Positions 59,475-64,000 of a stretch of DNA of 64,000 bases are shown here, piece by piece (the first letter of the stretch is position 1; each line of letters opens with the position of its first letter). Where the stretch lies: assembly GCA_964384105.1 (NCBI GenBank), contig CAYLJV010000002.1, positions 32,001-96,000 of the forward strand, given 5' to 3'. Source of the DNA: Candidatus Hadarchaeota archaeon. Its GTDB lineage: Archaea; Hadarchaeota; Hadarchaeia; Hadarchaeales; JAGGTB01. Below the pieces are notes generated by a model. The model was not told the DNA's origin and ran no database searches. It worked only from the letters and a program-made list of their open reading frames with translations. The position numbers and the translations under genes were made by a program.

Positions 59475-60961
59475 CCGATACACCCTCCTGCCCTTAGCAA
59501 AGATCTCGCTTTACTCTCCGTTTCATGGTACTCTTTCTCGGGAACAGAATCTGCAACTATCCCTGCTCCAACTTGAATATGCGCTTCCTCACCGTCCGAA
59601 GTAAGAGTTCGAATAGCAATTGCAAAATCAGCATCACCGGTATAACTGAAGGAACCGACAGCACCTGAATAAATTCCCCTACAGGTTGGCTCAAGCTCTT
59701 GAATTATCTCCATCGCCCTAACCTTCGGGGCACCTGTTACAGTTCCTGCAGGAAAAACAGCACGAAAGGCATCAAATGCATCACACGTTTCCTTGATATC
59801 ACCGGTAACTGTGCTTACTATATGCTGGACATCTCCATATTTCTCTATCTCCATGAATTCGGGGGTCTCAACCGAGCCAAATTTAGAGACCTTGCCGATA
59901 TCGTTACGCCCTAAATCCACTAGCATAACATGCTCGGCTCTCTCCTTCTCGTCGGCCAGAAGTTCCGTTTCCATCGCCTTATCCGACTCATAGTCCTTTC
60001 CTCTAGACCTAGTTCCAGCGATTGGTCGGGTCATAACCTTCCCATCGTTTACTCTAACCAAAGACTCCGGACTTGACCCTACAACCTTCTGTTCCTGAAA
60101 ATCTAGGAAATACATATACGGCGAAGGATTGATCTCCCTGAGCTTTAAATAGAAATCACCCAAGGGCGGAGATGGGTCTAAGTCAATCCTTCTTGAGAGT
60201 ACGGTCTGAATAACTTCACCCTCCCGAATATAGTCCTTTATCTTGCCAACACCTTCTTCAAAACCCTCTTTTTCTAGATTAGATTCCAAATGAACAGTTC
60301 TCTCAGACTCAGTCGGATAATTCATTTTCTCCGAAAAAATTTCTTCAAGTCTTTCCTTAGCCTCCTGATGAAACTCCTCAAATTCTCTTTCCCTCGTTAG
60401 AAGGAGCAGGGAAGCATAATATGTCACATTCTTGAGGTGGTCAAAAACGATTACGATTGAAGGCAACATGAACTCCATAGTGGGGTGATCCAAATCATTC
60501 GCTTCGCTGGTTTCTATCCCAAAAAGAGAAGAAACATAATCGTAACTTATGTATCCAGTCACTCCGAGAATGTACCGGGGAACATTGAGACCCACAAAAT
60601 GCAACTCATCAAAAAGCATGGATTTTCTTAAGATTTCCAAACTGTCCGTCTCTTCATTATCCTCGCTTAAGGACAAATTTGCCTCTTTCACTAATTCTGG
60701 AGAACCGCTAATCTCTCTTTTCCCATTTCTGATCTTTAGATTCAGTAAAGGAAGAGCACCAATAACCGAATATCTAGAGCTATTTTTTGGACCGGTCAAA
60801 GACTCCAAGAGGTATGAAGGTTCATACTTCTCCCTTAACCCGAGATATGCCTTCGCAGGATCTTTGCAACCTTCTTCAGTTGCCACTAACGGAATTAAAC
60901 ACGGACGTCCCATCTCCTCAGCCAATGTTTTTGCATCTTCTTTACAGGGCATAATTTCCAT
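59471..60961 (-). CDS. trpE: anthranilate synthase component I
   Basis: LLES, NPSPYM, SSPE, PIAGT, EHVMLVDLGRND, GAPKVRAM. Confidence 0.95.
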   Translation of the reverse strand: MEIMPCKEDAKTLAEEMGRPCLIPLVATEEGCKDPAKAYLGLREKYEPSYLLESLTGPKNSSRYSVIGALPLLNLKIRNGKREISGSPELVKEANLSLSEDNEETDSLEILRKSMLFDELHFVGLNVPRYILGVTGYISYDYVSSLFGIETSEANDLDHPTMEFMLPSIVIVFDHLKNVTYYASLLLLTREREFEEFHQEAKERLEEIFSEKMNYPTESERTVHLESNLEKEGFEEGVGKIKDYIREGEVIQTVLSRRIDLDPSPPLGDFYLKLREINPSPYMYFLDFQEQKVVGSSPESLVRVNDGKVMTRPIAGTRSRGKDYESDKAMETELLADEKERAEHVMLVDLGRNDIGKVSKFGSVETPEFMEIEKYGDVQHIVSTVTGDIKETCDAFDAFRAVFPAGTVTGAPKVRAMEIIQELEPTCRGIYSGAVGSFSYTGDADFAIAIRTLTSDGEEAHIQVGAGIVADSVPEKEYHETESKARSLLRAGGCIG

Positions 60962-60998
60962 TAAGAAAACCTCAAAACTGTTAGTTTGATAAAAGCTT

Positions 60999-61034
60999 TG
61001 TACTATTTAAAACCTTGCAGTACAATAATGTACA
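60999..61034. promoter_or_regulatory. three TRP-box-like hexamers flanking the trpE TATA box
   Basis: TGTACT 60999, AGTACA 61019, TGTACA 61029; minus-strand TTTTAAATA at 61004-61012. Confidence 0.7.
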
Positions 61035-61050
61035 AAAAACTGGAGGAGAT

Positions 61051-61347
61051 TTAAATATCTAAATCCAATTTTTGGAATAACTCTTCGGGAGAAACACTTC
61101 GAACAAATATCTTTTTATTCCTAGATTTTTGTCCAGAAACTATCTCTATATCCCTGCCTATGATCTCTTGGAATTTTTCCAATAATTCTCTATTTGCTTT
61201 GCCTCGTCTAGGCTCAGAGACAACATAAACTTGCAATTGATTTCTCCAAGAGTCTACTTCACCAACTTCAAAACTTGTCGAACCGGTTGTAACCCTTAAA
61301 TCCAGTAGAATACCGTTATCTCTCTTTTCGAAAAAACTCCCAGACAT
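61051..61347 (-). CDS. DUF167 (UPF0235/YggU) family protein
   Basis: GKANRELL, IVSGQKSRNK. Confidence 0.85.
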   Translation of the reverse strand: MSGSFFEKRDNGILLDLRVTTGSTSFEVGEVDSWRNQLQVYVVSEPRRGKANRELLEKFQEIIGRDIEIVSGQKSRNKKIFVRSVSPEELFQKLDLDI

Positions 61348-61359
61348 TTAGACACAAAC

Positions 61360-62148
61360 TCAGTATACAATAACACTCTCAACGCTAGGCAATTCTCTCA
61401 ACTCCTCGATTATCGCGCCACTGACGGGTTCTCCCGTTATTATCGTTAACTTAGGCTGAGCGGCAAAATAAGGGTCATCCGCAACAGACTGTCTAATGCT
61501 CAGTTTATGGTTTGAGATAACATTAGTAACTTCACTTATTATACCAGATCTAGAAGCATCAGAGGGTATTATCTCAATAACTCCCAAGTTAAGTTGTTGA
61601 GCTACGGCTTTCAAGTAAGGAATTGGTCTCAAGTTAGAAAACAGCTCCCTTAAATCATCATCTTTGACTATAGTTTCAGCAGTTGCATCAACGGCTCTTC
61701 GGTCTACTCCAGCTTCTTTACCAATCTGAACAGCGGGAACTCGAATATCCCCACAAACAACGTCTCCATTTTCTTTGACTCTAAGACCGTATTTGTAAAG
61801 TACTCTAGCAACCTTGAGCTGTGCAGGATTTCCAGAAAATATTTTCTGTATTTTCCCCCACATACTTGGCTCACCCACCTTTTCCCTCTCCTCTGCAACA
61901 CTGCGAGAGATTACCAATCTCATAACATCTTCAGCGAAGTCTGGATCAAGTCCCTTTTCTTCCGCCAGTTCCCTCGTCTTCTCTATCACTTTCATTTCTC
62001 GTTTCCTGTCCCTAACCTTTTTACCGGATTTCTTCTTCGATTCGAGTATCTTTTCTACCACGGCCATCCTTCTCGACAGGACATCTAGCAATTCCTCGTT
62101 AATTTTGTCTATTTCAGCGCGTAGATCTCCTAAATCTCCATTATTCAT
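61360..62148 (-). CDS. chorismate mutase (AroQ) fused to a TrpY-like HTH-ACT regulator
   Basis: LRAEID...RR...K...RDRKRE; then MWGKIQKIF...AGVDRRAV...SIRQ...DP...PKLTIIT. Confidence 0.85.
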   Translation of the reverse strand: MNNGDLGDLRAEIDKINEELLDVLSRRMAVVEKILESKKKSGKKVRDRKREMKVIEKTRELAEEKGLDPDFAEDVMRLVISRSVAEEREKVGEPSMWGKIQKIFSGNPAQLKVARVLYKYGLRVKENGDVVCGDIRVPAVQIGKEAGVDRRAVDATAETIVKDDDLRELFSNLRPIPYLKAVAQQLNLGVIEIIPSDASRSGIISEVTNVISNHKLSIRQSVADDPYFAAQPKLTIITGEPVSGAIIEELRELPSVESVIVY

Positions 62149-63010
62149 TTTCTACTCTCGCTCCCATACTAGATGGTCTAGTTTTGATGACCTCTCCATT
62201 TTCGAGATCCCAACCATCCATTATTTTCTCTGTATTTTTAGCTCTGGTTATGGCTACGGTAGCCGGGCCAGTCCCGGTTAGGCCCGCGCCTTCCGCCCCA
62301 TTAGACAAGGCCTCCAAAGCCGGCTCTGGATCGTAACCAAGAACCGAAGAATAGAGAAGCCCGTTAACCGTCTGAGCACCATAAATATTTCCCTCGATAG
62401 CCTTTTCTTGAGCAACCTCAACCAAATCGCTAATGAGTTTAGTTCGTTGAACATCCACTTCTTTTGTGTAAGATCGCTCAGGAGGTAGGTATATAAGTAC
62501 AATTAGATCAGATGGCACCTCAAATCTTCTTAAAATTTCGTTCTTCTTGTTATCCGTAACAACTCCACCACCCAAATATGAGGCCGAAGCATCATCAAAA
62601 GCTCCCGTGATGGTAGTGCCGGCCTCGAAAGCTGCTTCTATTCCAACAGTAACCGCATCTAATGGATCAGGTTCTACACCTAAAGCGGAATAAGTCGCTA
62701 GAACGGTGGCATTTGCAGCAGCGCTACTACTTGAGAGACCTACCGCTATAGGAAGATCCGTCGTGGTTTCCACCCTTCCTCCATACTCATCCAATAAATC
62801 CAGCTTCTCAAGAACTTTCTTCACGGATATTTCGATCAACTCGGAATCCTCATCAGTGTCACCAACTTTACCCGAAATCTCTGAAGAATCCCGAATCAAC
62901 TCTACGGTTGACTGAACTCTAAGGTCAATTGCAAAAGCAGAACCTACCCCCGTAGAAATAGCATTTATTACAGTCGCAGAACCACATGCCGAGGCAATTC
63001 CTCTCTCCAT
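62141..63010 (-). CDS. aroK: archaeal shikimate kinase (GHMP family)
   Basis: TVINAI, GLSSSSAAANA, TITGAFDDA, GLTGTGP. Confidence 0.93.
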   Translation of the reverse strand: MERGIASACGSATVINAISTGVGSAFAIDLRVQSTVELIRDSSEISGKVGDTDEDSELIEISVKKVLEKLDLLDEYGGRVETTTDLPIAVGLSSSSAAANATVLATYSALGVEPDPLDAVTVGIEAAFEAGTTITGAFDDASASYLGGGVVTDNKKNEILRRFEVPSDLIVLIYLPPERSYTKEVDVQRTKLISDLVEVAQEKAIEGNIYGAQTVNGLLYSSVLGYDPEPALEALSNGAEGAGLTGTGPATVAITRAKNTEKIMDGWDLENGEVIKTRPSSMGARVENE

Positions 63011-63017
63011 ACCCCCC

Positions 63018-64000
63018 TCAACTCCTGAATCCAATATTATCAGGTTTTATCTTTCCTGACCTCAACATCATATCGGCCAGAACTATAGCAAGCATAGATT
63101 CTGCTACGGGAACCATCCTCGGACATATATTTGGATCATGACGGCCCTTCAATTCAATCTTCGTTTCCTCCATAGTCTCCAGGTCGACGGTTTTCTGAAG
63201 TTTAGAAATCGAAGACGGCGGCTTAACCGCTATCCTAACCACTATCTGCGCACCGGTGCTAATCCCTCCCAGAACTCCGCCAGCTCTATTTGTCTCTGGT
63301 TTGATCTCACCGTCCACTACCTTGAAACTATCGTTTACTTCCGACCCACGAGCTCTAGCTGATTCGAATCCTAAACCGAATTCTACTCCTTTAACGGCAC
63401 CCACCGACATCAGGGCATGAGCAATCTTAGCTTCAAGTTTATCAAATATCGGTTCACCCAGTCCAGAGGGTACGTTTTTAGCAACTATCTCTACGATCCC
63501 TCCAGTGCTGTCACCATCCTCCTTAGCCTCTAAAACAGCAGATTCCATTTCTTCTGCGACCTCTGGATCCGCACATCTCATCGGATTTTTACCCACATTG
63601 CGTTCTATTTCTTCAAAACTTACTTCCTTATCTAAACCAATTCCAGCGGCCTCTATCGTGTGAGCCAAAACTTTCACGTTACGAAGTGAAATCAATTTTT
63701 TTGCTATAGCTCCAGCTGCGACCCTTCCTACTGTTTCCCGTCCCGAAGCTCTAGAACCTCCTCGATAATCCACGTGGCTATATTTTAACCTATACGTCAA
63801 ATCGGCATGTCCAGGTCGTGGTTTAAACATCATATCTTCATAAGGTTTTGAATCCACATCTTTGTTCCAAACTAACATCTGAATCGGCGTGCCAATCGTC
63901 TTATCCTCAAAAACTCCCGAGAGTATTTCAACTTCGTCCCTTTCACTTCTTTTAGTCTCCACTTTGGATTTCCCAGGACGGCGACGGTCAAGGTCAGCCT
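63018..64000 (-). CDS. aroC: chorismate synthase (5' end beyond the window)
   Basis: RPGHAD, RASGRET, GLGEP.FD, GGISTG, GRHDP. Confidence 0.95.
   Translation of the reverse strand, partial: ADLDRRRPGKSKVETKRSERDEVEILSGVFEDKTIGTPIQMLVWNKDVDSKPYEDMMFKPRPGHADLTYRLKYSHVDYRGGSRASGRETVGRVAAGAIAKKLISLRNVKVLAHTIEAAGIGLDKEVSFEEIERNVGKNPMRCADPEVAEEMESAVLEAKEDGDSTGGIVEIVAKNVPSGLGEPIFDKLEAKIAHALMSVGAVKGVEFGLGFESARARGSEVNDSFKVVDGEIKPETNRAGGVLGGISTGAQIVVRIAVKPPSSISKLQKTVDLETMEETKIELKGRHDPNICPRMVPVAESMLAIVLADMMLRSGKIKPDNIGFRS

Overview
Archaeal chromosomal segment: TBP, thermosome, Dph5, CTP-dependent riboflavin kinase, GHMP-type shikimate kinase, GGAGGTGA-type ribosome-binding sites and TATA promoters. 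Many proteins are acidic, and a hypersaline anaerobic lineage such as MSBL1/Hadarchaeota-like is an unverified inference. Core content: sulfide-dependent homocysteine synthesis trio, cysDN cluster, riboflavin operon, four tRNAs (Arg-TCT, Lys-CTT, Gln-TTG, Gln-CTG), and aro/trp operons. An accessory stretch of surface and membrane genes (about 44.9-54.3 kb) includes a serpin. Most notable observations: (1) a non-coding composite site, with an identical 30-bp dif-like palindrome plus an identical 25-bp palindrome, present at 3.64-3.74 kb and inverted at 53.35-53.55 kb, with no recombinase gene in the window; (2) a chorismate mutase-TrpY fusion with TRP boxes around the trpE TATA box; (3) neighbouring intact but apparently catalytically dead paralogues (gamma-CA, ThiI, AroA) around TBP; (4) about seven genes that seem to start at ATT/ATA; (5) a shared LxxLGY C-terminal tail on two RHH proteins and CysD; (6) a four-domain riboflavin kinase; (7) a 37-bp repeat at divergent junctions of a paralogous membrane-protein array. 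Family assignments come from motif recognition by eye; no database searches were run.
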